Part shown: positions 43,783-57,722 of the stretch, piece by piece | Layout of the letters: every line of letters begins with the position of its first letter | Numbering within the stretch: position 1 is the first letter of the stretch | Notes under the pieces: model-generated | The model's input: the letters and a program-made list of their open reading frames with translations, nothing else | Told to the model about the DNA's origin: nothing | Database searches by the model: none | Program-made: the position numbers and the translations under genes | Assembly (NCBI GenBank): GCA_025201805.1 | Contig: MU619238.1 | Location: forward strand, 72,909 to 136,879 | Direction: 5' to 3' | Length of the DNA: 63,971 bases | From: Parasitella parasitica NRRL 2501 | Taxonomy: Eukaryota > Fungi > Mucoromycota

Positions 43783-46700
43783 ATGGACATGCCATCAGCG
43801 AAAGAAGGGTTGAGGGCCGAGTATCTCAACCGAGATGACAGATATGATCAGCGTCAGCAGCGTTTAAATGACAACAACCCACCCGACTCAAATATGAATG
43901 AGCAATCCGGTGCTGATAATGCCGGTTATCTGGACTTGGAAAGATCAGATACTCGTAAAACTCAAGGTGGCTATGGTGAAACCGAAGGCAATGCTGTCGA
44001 TATCGATGATGCACTCGAAAGATATCATTCCGTTCGTCGTGAATTGACTGCACAATCTCGTAGAAAATCGTCCATCGCTGCAAGCTCTGCTGCTGCTGTC
44101 GCTGCTGCTGCAGCAAATTCAGATAGAGATGACGACGTGGAGAAGGGAGATCAGCAGGATTTTGATCTAACAGAATTTCTCACTGCACAAAACTCTCAAA
44201 TCATGGCTGCTGGCTTGAAGCCCAAGAATATGGGCGTCATTTGGAAAGACCTCACTGTACAGGGCTTGGGCGCTGATGCTAAAATTATCCCTACTAACTG
44301 GACTTGGATCACATCCACCCTTCAATTTTGGAAATGGGGTAAACACAAAGGTACCGATTTCACTATTCTGAAAGATAACAATGGCTTTTGTAAGGCAGGC
44401 GAAATGCTTTTGGTGCTTGGTCGCCCTGGTGCTGGTTGCACTTCTCTTTTGCGTGTTCTTGCTAATATGCGTGCCTCTTATACGAAAGTCGAAGGTGATG
44501 TTACCTATGGCGGCATCGATGCCCAGGAGTTTGGAAAGCACTTTAGAGGCGAAGTCTGCTACAATGAAGAAGAGGATTTGCACTATCCTACTTTGACGAC
44601 CCAGCAAACTCTTCGTTTTGCTCTCAAGAACAAGACACCTGGTAGACGTCTTCCTGGAGAATCCAAGGCAGAATTTATTGACAAAGTTCTGTACATGCTT
44701 GGTAATATGCTTGGTCTCACCAAGCAAATGAACACGATGGTTGGTAATGCCTTTGTCAGAGGTCTTTCTGGTGGGGAGCGTAAACGTCTCTCCATTGCTG
44801 AGCAAATGACTACTCGCAGCTGTATCAATTGTTGGGATTGCGCTACTCGTGGTTTAGATGCTTCTTCTGCCCTTGATTATGTTCGTTCTCTTCGCATTAT
44901 GACTGACATCCTTAACAAGACAACCATCGCTACTCTTTATCAAGCTTCAGACAGTATTTTTCATCTTTTTGACAAGGTCATGGTGCTTGACGAAGGTCGC
45001 TGCATCTACTTTGGCCCCACTGCTACTGCCAAAGAATTTTTTGTTGAGATGGGTTTCTACTGCCCTAATCGTAAATCCACTCCTGACTTCTTGACTGGTC
45101 TTTGCAACATGAACGAGCGTGAATACCGTGAAGGTTTTGAAGGAAAGGTGCCTCTTAACTCCCTTCAGTTTGAAAAGGTCTATCAAGAGTCTGATCTCCA
45201 TGCCAAAATGATGCAAGAACGTGATGAATATGAGCAAAAGATCAACCAAGATCGTCCTGCAGAAACTTTTCGAGAGGCATTTAGCGATGCGCATCAAAAG
45301 CATGCCCCCAAACGCTCTCCTTTTGTTGCTACTTACCTAGAACAAGTAAAGGCTCTGACTGTTCGTCAATTTGAGCTTATTCTTGGTGATAAGGGTGCTC
45401 TTGTCTCTCGTTACGGTGGTGTCGTTGTTAAAGGCCTTATTATGGCGTCTGTTTTCTTCATGATGCCTCTAGATGCCAGTGGTGCTTTCTCTCGTGGCGG
45501 CGCCTTTCTGTTTAGTTTGCTTTTCAATGCCTTGATTGCTCAGTCTGAACTTGCAGCGTTTATGCAAGGTCGTCGCGTGCTTGAAAAGCACAAGCATTTT
45601 GCATTGTATCACCCTTCCGCGTTCTATATTGCTACTGTCATTGCTGATGTTCCTTTGGCTCTTACTCAAGTCATTATTTTTGAAATTTGCGTCTACTTTA
45701 TGATGGGCCTTCAGCTGGAGGCTGGAAGAGTAAGTGCATATATTTTAACACTTGGTGTTTACCCTTACATCTATTTACTAGTTTTTTACGTTCTTTATTG
45801 TTCTTGTTATGACCAATCTCTGTATGAACGGCTTCTTCCGTTTCTGGGGAGCAGTTTCTCCCAATTTCTTCACTGCTTCTCAGTTATCCAGTATCCTTCT
45901 AATTGCAGCTTTGATTTATTGTGGCTACCAAATCCCTTACACTCAAATGCACCCGTGGCTCTTTTGGATTTACTGGATCAACCCGCTTGCATATGGCTAC
46001 AAGGCATTGATTTCTGACGAGATGCGTAACCTGCATTTCACTTGCGAAGGAGCAAACTCAGTGCCATATGGCCCCACATACACGGATCAACAATACAAGT
46101 CTTGCATCCTGGCAGGTGCTGAACCTGGCGCATCTTACGTTTTGGGTGATGATTACTTGGCTGTCAATTATGGCTACTATGTCTGGCAACGATGGATCAA
46201 CTTTGTGGCTGTCGTGCTCTTTTTTCTCTTTTTCACGATCCTTACGGCCCTTGCCATGGAATACGTTGATCTTGCAAAGGAAGGTTCTATTACCAAGGTC
46301 TATAAAAAGGGGTGTGCACCTGAAGCTGAATCTGAAGAAAAACTCATGCAGCAAGTAACCACTGTCAACGACCAAGAAATGGAAGCTGTTACTGATGGCA
46401 CTACATTTTCATGGCACCATGTTGATTACACTGTTCCTGTTAAAGGTGGCACTCGTCAACTACTGAACAATGTTGGTGGCATTGTCAAACCTGGGAATCT
46501 TACTGCGTTAATGGGCTCTTCTGGCGCTGGAAAGACGACTCTGTTGGATGTCTTGGCAAAGCGCAAAACAATTGGTAAAATTGAGGGCAATATATATTTG
46601 AATGGCGAGGCGCTTGCCGATGATTTTGAGCGTATTACTGGGTACTGTGAGCAAATGGATGTCCATAACCCTAACGCCACTGTCCGTGAGGCTCTGCGGT

Positions 46701-48289
46701 TCTCTGCTTACCTTCGTCAACCTCAGGAAGTCCCCAAAGAAGAAAAGGATGAATACGTCGAACAGATCATTATCCTTATGGAAATGCAAAAGATCTCTGA
46801 TGCTCTCATTGGCGACCTTGAAGCTGGTATCGGTATTTCGGTAGAAGAACGCAAGCGACTTACTATTGCTACTGAATTGGTTGGAAAGCCCAAGCTTCTT
46901 TTCTTGGATGAGCCAACTTCTGGTTTGGATGCTCAGTCTTCTTATAATATTGTTCGCTTCATTCGTAAGCTTGCTGATGCTGGCTGGCCCGTGCTTTGTA
47001 CTATTCACCAACCCTCTGCTACTCTGTTTGAACACTTTGACCATTTGTTGCTATTAATGAGAGGTGGTCGTACTGCTTATTTCGGTGAGATCGGCAAAGA
47101 TTCTCGTACTATGATTGATTATTTCGAGTCAAACGGTGGTCCAAAATGTGCGCCTCAGGCTAATCCTGCAGAATACATTTTGGAATGCGTTGGTGCCGGC
47201 ACTGCAGGAAAATCCACCAAGGACTGGGCTGACATCTGGGAAGCCTCTCCTGAGGCTGAAGCGCTTGAGCAAGAGCTGGGCCATATTCATTCCACTGTTG
47301 ACCATGCGAATCCTCGTAAGGTTAGCACATATGCTCTTCCTTTCTGGGAGCAATTGAAACTTGTCTATAAGCGCATGAATATCTCTTGGTGGCGTTGTCC
47401 TACGTACAACATGGGCAGACTCTTCAATGTATGCTTTATTGGTCTAATGTCTGGCTTCAGTTTCTGGAAATTGGGAAATAGTCCGCCTGATATGCAGAAC
47501 CGTATGTTCTCTGTCTTTACAACTCTCTTGATGTCTAATGCTTTGATTATTTTGGCCCAACCTCGATTCATGCAAGAAAGAATGTGGTTCCGTCGTGAAT
47601 ATGCCTCCAAGTATTATGGCTGGGCACCCTTTGCACTATCTTGTGTCCTTGTAGAGATTCCATACTTGATTGTACTTGGCACTATCTTCTTGTTTTGTTT
47701 CTACTGGACTGCAGGGCTACAGAACGAGCCTGATCGTGTTGGCTTTTTTTATATTCACTTTATCATGTTTTTGTTTTATTCTGTCTCCCTTGGCTTTACA
47801 ATCGCCTCTTTCTCTGCTACTCCTCCAATGGCTGCTGTCATCAACCCTTTCTTTACGTCTATTCTGATCTTGTTTGCTGGTATTATGCAACCTCCTAGCG
47901 CCATGCCTTATTTCTGGAGAGCGTGGATGTACTGGCTAGATCCATATCATTACCTGATCGAAGGCCTAGTGGTAAATGTCATGGACGGCGTTGAAGTTGT
48001 TTGTACTGGTAGCGATTTCATCAAGATAAACGCACCACCTGGGCAAACTTGTGGAGATTACATGCAGGAATTTTTCAATGACGGCGGGCCAGGATACCTT
48101 GGTAATCCCAACGCAAGTGGCTCTTGTGATTACTGTCAATACAAGATGGGCAACGACTTTTATGAAGAAAGAATCGGTTGGAATTTCAGTAATAGATGGC
48201 GTAACTTTGGTATCCTGACTGCTTTCACTATTTTCAATGTCTTTCTGTTTATGTTCTTTGTGTTTTTGTTCAGAAAACAAAAGCGTTAA
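43783..48289 (+). CDS. PDR-type (full-size ABCG) ABC transporter; single intron 45730-45781
   Basis: NBD1 GRPGAGCT, LSGGERKR and CWD; NBD2 GSSGAGKT, ISVEERKR and FLDEPTSGLD; two TMDs and PDR extracellular Cys loops. Confidence 0.96.
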
Positions 48290-48294
48290 GATGC

Positions 48295-48296
<2 letters not shown>

Positions 48297-48351
<55 letters not shown>
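48297..48351. repeat. Poly(T) tract of about 55 nt in the ABC transporter 3' UTR
   Basis: Read directly. Confidence 0.95.
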
Positions 48352-48779
48352 CATGTTGCATTGTACAGTAATAACAATTCCTAAAAATTTAATTCTATGG
48401 ATAAACATATCTCTAATTATCGATCATTTTTAAAAAGAGGTGCCCTGTTCTCTACGTTGACCGGAATAAAAAATATATATCAACCAGTATTCTATTCAGC
48501 ATTACGGTATAATAAATGCTAAAATTTAGTAACGGTCAAATCTAGCATCAGCCTTCGGCAATCAAACAGATTACAAAAACTATAATAGCTACCGATAACA
48601 CACACATTCTTGTATTGTCCTCCAGCATGAACAATTATACCATAAGTCCTTCCCATCTACAATGCTTCCATATAATAATAAATTATTTCATATCTTTATT
48701 GTTTCGGCTGTAAAAGACAAAGAAAAAAGAAAAGAAATTGAGTTGTATAGTTTAATTTGATGTAATACATATAAATATT

Positions 48780-49199
48780 TTAGTGATCGCCACCTTCGGC
48801 AGCATGGCCAGCCTTGGAAGACAGATAAGCATGTCTGCTTAATGCTGAGGTGTAGATAAAATAGCCGAGACCAAATGCAACACCAACATAAGGGATTTGA
48901 GAGGTGACACGACGAGCAGTATTGAAGACAGCGTTGTGAGCGGCGCCAGCGAAAGCTTTTTGCTCAAAAGGGGATAAAATATAAGTTACAACACCCTAAA
49001 ATTGGTCGAAAAGTGGTGGTTAGTGCACAGATATCCACAGAAATCTACAGCTGTACATATCACATACTCTTTGAGTAGGACCTCCCATATGACCCCACCT
49101 ATATCATAGTTATATTAGCTTCTACAATTTTTTCGATTGTTGATTTTTTTTTCCATTGATTTACCATCCCATGTATGATTTTCCTTTAGCTCCACCCAT
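48780..49199 (-). CDS. QCR8: Cytochrome bc1 complex subunit 8; introns 49164-49099 and 49067-48996; not in the ORF track
   Basis: Spliced MGGAKGKSYMGW|WGHMGGPTQR|GVVTYILSPFEQKAFAGAAHNAVFNTARRVTSQIPYVGVAFGLGYFIY...YLSSKAG...*. Confidence 0.94.
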
Positions 49200-49961
49200 T
49201 TTTAATGTAATTATCTATGATAGCATAATGGTTTATTATCATGACATTGTGATTGAGAGAATTGTTTTGTAAATACCTTTTTGGTTGATTGAAAAGAAAA
49301 ATTAATAGAAATCGCAGGTGGGCAACCTTGTTATCCTTGATCGGGAGGCGAAAGAGGTTCTCGTTCAAGTCTGGGGCAGGTTATCGTGACGCAATTATCT
49401 GTTGTTTAACAAGCTTTTTGTTCAAGAGGAAGCTCTGCAATTCACTACAACACATTGGTAGTTATTCAATGAACCTTTATTTATCATGCAAGTGTTCTAG
49501 ATTCATTCTTAAAGCAATTATTTTTCATTAATCCAATCCTATGAAACTCCCATCGAAATGTTATTTAAATTACAATGAAGTAAATGTATGAAGCTTAATA
49601 TTATATTTAAGGAATTCTCTTTCATAATCATCCAAACGAAAGACCAAAAACATCTTTCTGGCATCCTTGTTCCAGAGATTCTGTTGCCATGATAATTAGC
49701 CTGTTACCATGCAACGATCTTGACCTGAAATTTGTTTCTATGGCAACCATACTATGTTATCCAAATCTATATATCTGACGATGCCTATTTGTAGAATTGA
49801 TTGTTGAGCTTTGTTCAAAAACATGATGGTAAACCTTACGCAGCACCTCATGAACAACACACGGACTTTTAATGAGACATCAAAATTTTGTACTTAATGG
49901 TTGCGTGGTTTCGCTTTTTTCTTTCATTCCCTCCTTACTATTAAAGACGTAAACAATTAGA

Positions 49962-52010
49962 ATGGATTCTGATGATGATCTTGACTGTCCTCTCTGTATG
50001 GAAGAGCTGGACATTGCTGATAGAAACTTTAGACCCTGTCCTTGTGGGTATCAGGTAAAGTGAAATGTACAAATTAATTTGCTTAAATGTCAAAAATTTA
50101 ACGAATTCTTATAAAATATAGATTTGTCGATTCTGCTGGCATCATATCAAAGAAAATTTAAATGGTCGTTGTCCTGCTTGGTAAGTAGATTAAATCGCAT
50201 TATACTCCAAACGTGCATAAGTTGATCTGTCAACTTTTCGTAGCCGCCGAGAATATTCTGTGGAAATGGTCGAATTTCAGCCCGTTAGTGCTGACGAGTA
50301 AAGTATATGCAAACCAAAAAAAAAAAAGGCTCATATTTAACGATCATATTGTTTGTTAGATTACAACGTATTCGTAAAGAAAAAAGAGAAAAGGAAAAGC
50401 AGCAAAAGGACATGGAATCTGCTAATCGACGACATTTATCTAGTATGCGTGTTGTTCAAAAGAATCTAGTATATATTATTGGCCTCCATCCTCGTTTGGC
50501 ATCAGAAGAGGTAAGTCGCTTTTCCTTTTTTTTTTTCGAATTGAAAACAGTTCTAACCGAAAATGATCAGATTGTTAGATCAAACGACTACTTTGGTCAA
50601 TTTGGTAAAATTTCCAAGATTGTTATAAATAAACGACCCCCATTGCCTGCCTCACAAATGAGTTCCCAGCCAAGCGCTGCTGTATATGTCACTTATTACA
50701 GAAAAGAAGATGCGGCAAAGGCAATTGCAGCTGTCGATGGAAATGTCATTGCTGATAGAGTAGTAAGGTATGCGGGATAGCTGTCGATATGCTCGAGAGG
50801 ATTTCATTATACTGATTTGTCTTTTTTTTTTTTTTTAGAGCATCTTATGGCACCACAAAATATTGCACCTACTATTTACGCAACATGACATGTCCAAACC
50901 CTAATTGTCTTTACTTGCACGAACAAGGAGATGATATAGACACAATATCAAAAGAGGAGTTGGCTACTGGGTAGGCTATAATATTAGGAGATTTGCATGA
51001 TATCCTAACATATGTTTAGTAAACACCATATGCGCGATATGCTCACTGAAGATGACGACGAGAGAGAAGGCGATCATGTTCATCAAAATCAAAGCCATCA
51101 CCATCCAGCTGTCCAACGCCCTCAACTCTCTAATGATGATTTCCCTGTTGTCTCCAGCAGCTCAAAAATTAATAACAAGGTTACAGACGACTCTGCATTA
51201 CCAGCTTCAGCATCTTGGGCAAAGATTGGGGTTAATAGTACACCTTCTACACCTGTACTCGGAGTCAACGATGCCTTTGGACCTACATTATCGGCAGCAG
51301 TAGCGGCTTCTCAACAAAAGGCTCAGTTTCCTCCCATGCCAAAGCGAAAGAGCGAAAAGAAAAAGAGGAAGGAGCAATTCCAACAGCAAAAGCCTACATC
51401 GGAAGGTTCAACCTCACAACCTGCCACACCCCAAGCTGTTGCGGCTACAGTTGCTTCCCCCATCACCTCTGTAAATGATACCTTACTCGAGGATTGCCAG
51501 GATACTGGAGCGTCCGTTTCTTCGCCTTCCTCTCCCTCTCACGAAGCTCAGCCATCAGCAGATGTACCGCAGTCTGTGTTTGACCAAGGATTAACAGGTT
51601 TTGTCTTGGGTCAAGCTTACAAAGATTTATGTCCTTTACCTTCAGAAGCCGAATTCGATAGCAACCAGAAGCAAGACAACCAAGAAGCTGAGGAGCTTAC
51701 TTTGGGTGTTTCGGCGTTGCTACTGGGCGATGACGCTAAAGCTGAGCCTTCTCCTGCTCAAAGAAATCTCGAAGCAATTCAATCTGCATCCACGTCCAAA
51801 CTAATCCCATCAAGTATTCCATCCGTCCTCGATTTTCTTACATATTCCTTTCCCACACCCAAGTACACTAGCTCGTTCAACCCTTATTCTCATTTGAACA
51901 TGTTAGGTAGTGGCCAGCACCCAAACAATGGTGCTGCTGCTATTTTGAACAACAATAATTTGGATTCTCCTGTCAGAAGACATTCCAGATTTGGATTCGC
52001 TCAAGCATAA
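49962..52010 (+). CDS. NOT4: CCR4-NOT E3 ubiquitin ligase Not4/Mot2; multi-exon
   Basis: C4C4 RING CPLCMEELD...FRPCPCGYQICRFCW...GRCPACR; RVVQKNLVY and YFGQFGKI RRM; ASYGTTKYC...CPNPNCLYLHE C3H finger; low-complexity tail ending SRFGFA. Confidence 0.95.
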
Positions 52011-53073
52011 GCACTGCATATTCAGTTTATTTCTCACAATTAAAAAAAAAAAAAACGTAAAATCATTTTTTCATGTACCGAGCTGTCTCTTGAAACAGAA
52101 TTTCTAGTAGCTAGCTGATCTTCCGTAGTATTATTCGTATTCAAAGAGTACAAATGATTACCACTACGTTGTCATAGCAACCGTTCCTGAATAGGATTAA
52201 AATGTTGAAATATCAGAACAGTTTTTGTTTATAACTTTCGATACACACATCGCCCAGTGAAAATCAAGTTATGCTCAGATAGCCCTGATCATGCCTATTT
52301 CAGCCAAGGGTAAATTAGTCCATAATATGCGCTTTTTCAAAGCCTAGTAGTCTTTATATACAATTTTCATATAAAAGTTACCCTGTTTTCTGTCAATAAC
52401 CTTATAGATATCGCTATTTTTATCTATAAAAATACGGTTATCATTAGATAGTGCTGATTTTTCGCTATGTTTTCTAGGTTCGATCTTGCTTCTCTACTGT
52501 TCATTTAGCAGAAGATACGACCAAATGTCTGTTAATCTGATAATCACTGCTGTTTTTTTTCTCAACTAAATGTTAAATACGATCTGATAGTATTCACAGA
52601 TTGATTTATGTGAATTTGGTCAATATAAATAAATAAATTCTAAAGTCAAAGGAATCTTCAGTGGATCAAGCCCTCTTCCACAGTTTCGGGTTGGGGTATC
52701 GCTGCTATTATTCATATATGGTCTGCTAAGCAGATGTCAACATTGACCTGACTTTGTGCATTTGTTTTATCTGAAAAAGGCAACTCTTCAACTTAAGAAG
52801 GCTATTAACGATTAGAAGATTTCACCTGGTCTTAGCTTATTATAAACTTCCGAATCAGTGCAGCGTTGTCGAAAATACATTGCTAGAAATTCATGTACTC
52901 TCAAATAATCAGAAGGAACTGTCTTGTCCATTTTCACCTTTTTATTCTAAATAATACGATTCTTTTGTTAGATTGAAGAATACTTTTATTATATATTATA
53001 ATACAGAATAGAACTCATAGAATTGTATATCATTGATAGATATAGATGACAATTCAAATGATTCTAGTATAAT

Positions 53074-56000
53074 TTAACGTCTACCCTTTCTTCTCCAGTA
53101 TACAACGCCAATAAAAACAAAAACATTAAAAACAAAGAACGCAATCAAGATACCAAAGTTGCGCCATTTGTTAGAGGCACTCCATTGCATACCAGTTTCG
53201 TAAAATTCAGGGCCAGAGCTATAGGTACAGTAACCACAGCGTTCGGGCTGCACAGCATCGGGATTTGCGATGTATCCAGTTGCGCCGTTGGCAAAGAAAT
53301 TTGCCATGTATTGGCCACATGATTGACCTGGGGGAGGAGGGAATTTGAGTAAATCCTCTTCAGAACATACTACTTTGAGAGAAGCTAGCTCGTTCACAGC
53401 TAAACCTTCAATATAGTAGTGGAAGGGATCCAACCAGTACATCCAACTGCTCCAAAATTTGGGCATAGCCATGGGTGATTGCATCAAACCACAGAATAGA
53501 ATAAGAATAGAGATAAACAAAGGATTGATGACAGCAGCCATTGTAGGTAACTCGGCAACAGCTGCAATTACGAAGCCTAACGTAACAGCCCAACAGACGA
53601 GGACTACAAATGTGATATAGAAATAACCACAAGATTCTGGAGTGTTGTTCATTCCTGCGGTCCAGTAAAAACCTGTTTTCAGAAAAGTATTTAGTATTAG
53701 ATGCTACACAACAAGCAATTAAGTATCTTACCAAACATGAATGCAGCAGCAAAGAAAATGATGTAAGGGATTTCTACCAACACAGCACTGATACCAAAAG
53801 GCAGCCAGCTATAATATCTCGAAGCATATTCACGGCGAAAGTATAAACGTTCCGTCATAAACTTGGGTTGGGCCAGAATAATCATTGTCATTGCCATAAT
53901 AAAAGTACTGAACAGAGCAAATACTTTGTTCATCATATCAGAAGAGGAACTTCCAAGCTTCCAGAAAGTAAAACCTGTAACCAAAGATGTGAACATAATG
54001 TTGAGGAAACGTCCAATATTGTAATCGGGAGCACGCCAGTATGCAAGCGCCATACGACTCATAACAAGACGGAATTGAGTGCTGAGAGGAGTAGCATAAG
54101 TGTCAGCGTTACGGGTAGGGTTTTTATCCGCAGTTTTCTCAATCTCATCGAGTTCAGCAGCGAGTGCCTTGGCTTCGTCAGAATTTTCCCAGACATCAGC
54201 CCAATCCTTGGTAGCTTTACCAGCAGTACCAGCACCAACCACCTCCAGAATGTATTCAGCAGGATTTGCCTCAGGTGAGCATTTGGGTCCGCCATTAGAC
54301 TCAAAGTAGTCAATCATGGTCCGAGAATCTTGGCCAATTTCACCATAGTAAGCCGTACGACCACCTCGAACCAAAAGCAATAAATGGTCAAAGTATTCAA
54401 ATAAGATGGCAGAAGGTTGATGAATAGTACACAGCACTGGCCAGCCTGCATCAGCAAGCTTGCGAATAAATCGAATGATGTTGAAAGAGGACTGAGCATC
54501 TAAACCAGAAGTAGGCTCATCCAAGAAGAGCAATTGAGGTTTACCGACAAGTTCCATACCAATAGTCAAACGTTTACGTTCTTCAACAGAGATACCAAAA
54601 CCGCTGCCAACATCGCCAATTTGAGCATCTCCAATATCTTCCATTTCTAAAAGCAAAATAATTTGTTCAACATAGGCATCCTTCTCTTCCTTTGGTACAT
54701 CGTAGGGTTGGCGCAGATAAGCAGAGAATCGAAGAGCCTCACGTACAGTAACAGCAGGTTGATGGATATCCATCTGCTCGCAATAGCCAGTTATACGCTC
54801 GAAATCATTCATTAATATCTCGCCGTTGAGGAAGACGTTGCCTTCCACTTTACCAATCGTTTTTCTACGAGCAAGTACATCAAGCAGTGTAGTTTTACCA
54901 GCACCCGAAGATCCCATTAGAGCAGTAAGATGGCCAGGTTTTACAATACCAGATATATCGTTCAAAAGATGCAGCGGACCACCTTTGAATGGAACGTAGT
55001 AGTGAACATGCTGCCATGAAAAGGTAGTACCAGTAGACATTTTGTCCATATTATCAGTAATATTCTGTTGGGCAACACGACGTGCATCCTCTTCTTCAAT
55101 GGTGCGAGGTTTAGGAGCTATGGACTTCATGTTTAGATGTCAAATTAGGATGGAACTCATTCACAAACGTACCTTTTCCGGGCATGTAAAGCTTGGTCAG
55201 AGTCGATGACTTGGACATACCAACCAATTCCATAGCCATCGCAGTAATGAGAGTAAAGAAGAGGAAAAACGCAACTACGACAACAAAGTCAGGAGCCCAT
55301 AGTTGCCAAGGCTTGTAGCTCAAGGCTTGTAACAGATATTCATCGCCACGGACAAAGTTTTCACCAGCAACACCACCTTCCATAGTACAGACCATGTAAT
55401 TCCAATCATCATAGCCGGGCCCGTAAGGAACTGCATTTCCAGGGCCATCACAGGAGTAGACTTGGCCTGACATTTCGTTCGAAATCAAAGCCTTGTAAGC
55501 GTAAGTAATAGGATTGATGTAGTAAATCCAAAACAGCCAGGGATGCATTTTCTTATACGGAATCGTATAACCTGTGTAAGATGTAATAGCAATAAGTAAT
55601 ACACCAGTGATTTGAGTAGCCAAGAAGAAACTAGAGGTGATTGCACCAAAGAATCGAAAGAAACCATTCATACACATGTTCAAGAAGAATAGCACCACAA
55701 AGAAAGTAAAGAATCTGCCAGCGGTGAGGTTCAAACCCATCATAAAATAGGCACAAATCTCAAAAAGTAAGACTTGAACCAAAGCATACGGAATGTCCAT
55801 AATGACTTGAGCTATGTAAAACGCAGATGGTCTATACAGAGCGTATTGCTTGTGCTTTTCGAGAATAGGACGGCCAGTGAGAAAACGAACAAGCTCAGAT
55901 TGAGAAATGAAAGAATTGAACAGTACGGAAAAGAACAGTGCACCTCCACGAGAAAACTATTCATAAATGCGTTAGGATAATGACTTGTGTCAAAGCAAAG

Positions 56001-57722
56001 AACCATACGTACCGCACCAGTGCCAGTGAGAGGAAGCTGAAAGAAACAGGAAGCAGTGATCAAAGACTGAATGAGGATTGTGCCATATCGAGAGATGAGA
56101 GCTTGTGTGTCTTTGATGAGCAAATGATGTTGACGGATAGTAAGAGCCTTGACTTGTTGATAGAAGGATGCGATGTAGGGTTGCGATTTCCTCGCGCGCT
56201 TTTGATGTTCTTCGTGAACAGCTTCAGCAAAATTGCCAGCCTTGTTTTCCTTTTCTACAGTTTCGTTGTAACTCTCAAAGTCTTGCATCATTTTTTGGTA
56301 GATTTCAGATTTGAGATAGGTTTCTTGGAATTCAGAGGCATGCTTTGGTGCCGTTTCTTCGAATCCAGGCTTGAATTCACGTTCAACAGGGTTACACAGA
56401 CCTGTTAAAAAATCTGGGAGTGATTTTCTTGAAGGTCTATGGAAGCCAAGGGCGTCAAAGTAGTCTTTTGCACCGCTGGTAGGGCCATAGTAGACGCAAT
56501 ACCCTTCGTCCAAGAGTAATACTTTGTCGAATAACGTGAAAATACTATTCGAGGCTTGATAAAGAGTGGCAATGGTTGTGATATTAAAAATGTCTGTCAT
56601 GATTCTTAACGACCGCACATAGTCGAGGGCAGAAGCAGCATCAAGTCCACGGGTGGAGCAATCCCAGCAATTAATTGTACTGCAGGTAGTCATTTGCTCA
56701 GCAATAGAGAGACGTTTGCGCTCACCACCAGACAAACCTCTGACGAAAGCATTGCCAACCATGGTGTTCATCTGCTTGGTGAGGCCCAGCATATTACCAA
56801 GCATATAGATGACACGGTCAACGAAATCTTTTTTGGACTCTTCATTCAAACGCCTGCCAGGCGTTTTTGTGCGTAAAGCAAATTGAAGCGTCTGCTTGGT
56901 TGTTAATGTCGGATAGTGCTGATCTTCCTCTTCATTATAGCAGACTTGACCTCTGTATTTTGCAGCAAACTCCTTGGGGTCAATACCACCATAGTTTACA
57001 TTGCCGCCAACATGAGTGTAAGCGCCCCGCATATTGGCAATCACTTTTAAGAACGACGTACAGCCTGCTCCAGGACGACCTAACACTAATAGCATTTCAC
57101 CGTCTTTACAACAGCCAGTTAGATTATCAATGATTACTTTGGTGCTAGCATTGCTCTTTTTAAAAAGCTTCCAAAACTTGAGCACTGTCATAATGTTTGA
57201 GAATACAGTTGGAATTGTAAAAGCGTCGGCACCTAAACCCTAAAATTCATGCGGTTACATTAGAATTTTTGACAAAAAAATAAATAAAACAACCCATAAA
57301 ACTTACCTCCACATGGAGATCCTTCCAAGAAACACCGAGATGTTTACGTTTTTTGCCGTTCGCTTCTTGCTCTCTATGAATTCCATGCAAAAAGTCGTCC
57401 AAATTGAACTCATCAGCATCAGTCTGGCCTTCTTCAGCTTTTGATAAGCTGCTTTTACGACTCATTTGACTGAGATGGCGCTTCAAGCTCTGATATTCGT
57501 CCTTAGCACCTGTCAAATTATTCTTTTAGCTATGTATTTTTATACAAATACAAGCGAATTCGTATAAATACCTTGCACATTGACTTGATTTACTTCAGAT
57601 TCGCCATAGGTGCCATTTTGACCATAATTTTCATTCTGAGTGATCGTATCTTCGGTAGATGATGCATAATTATAATTTGGGTGTTTAGACACCTCTATGT
57701 GATCGGTCGGTTTTTCTTCCAT
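53074..57722 (-). CDS. Second PDR-type ABC transporter; 5 introns (57571-57510, 57306-57240, 56012-55957, 55172-55118, 53731-53673)
   Basis: Same PDR motif set (GRPGAGCT, LSGGERKR, CWD; GSSGAGKT, ISVEERKR); long identical peptide blocks shared with the 43783-48289 gene. Confidence 0.96.

Noticed and set aside
47966-48361. Poly-Lys ORF on the minus strand, and the similar poly-Lys part of ORF 12227-12514
   Set aside because: Artefact of translating poly(T) tracts; this ORF is antisense to the ABC transporter
49324-49383. tRNA-like segment (AACCTTG...GTTCAAGTC...CAGGTT)
   Set aside because: The T stem is mismatched, there is no D or anticodon arm, and it is too short for a cloverleaf
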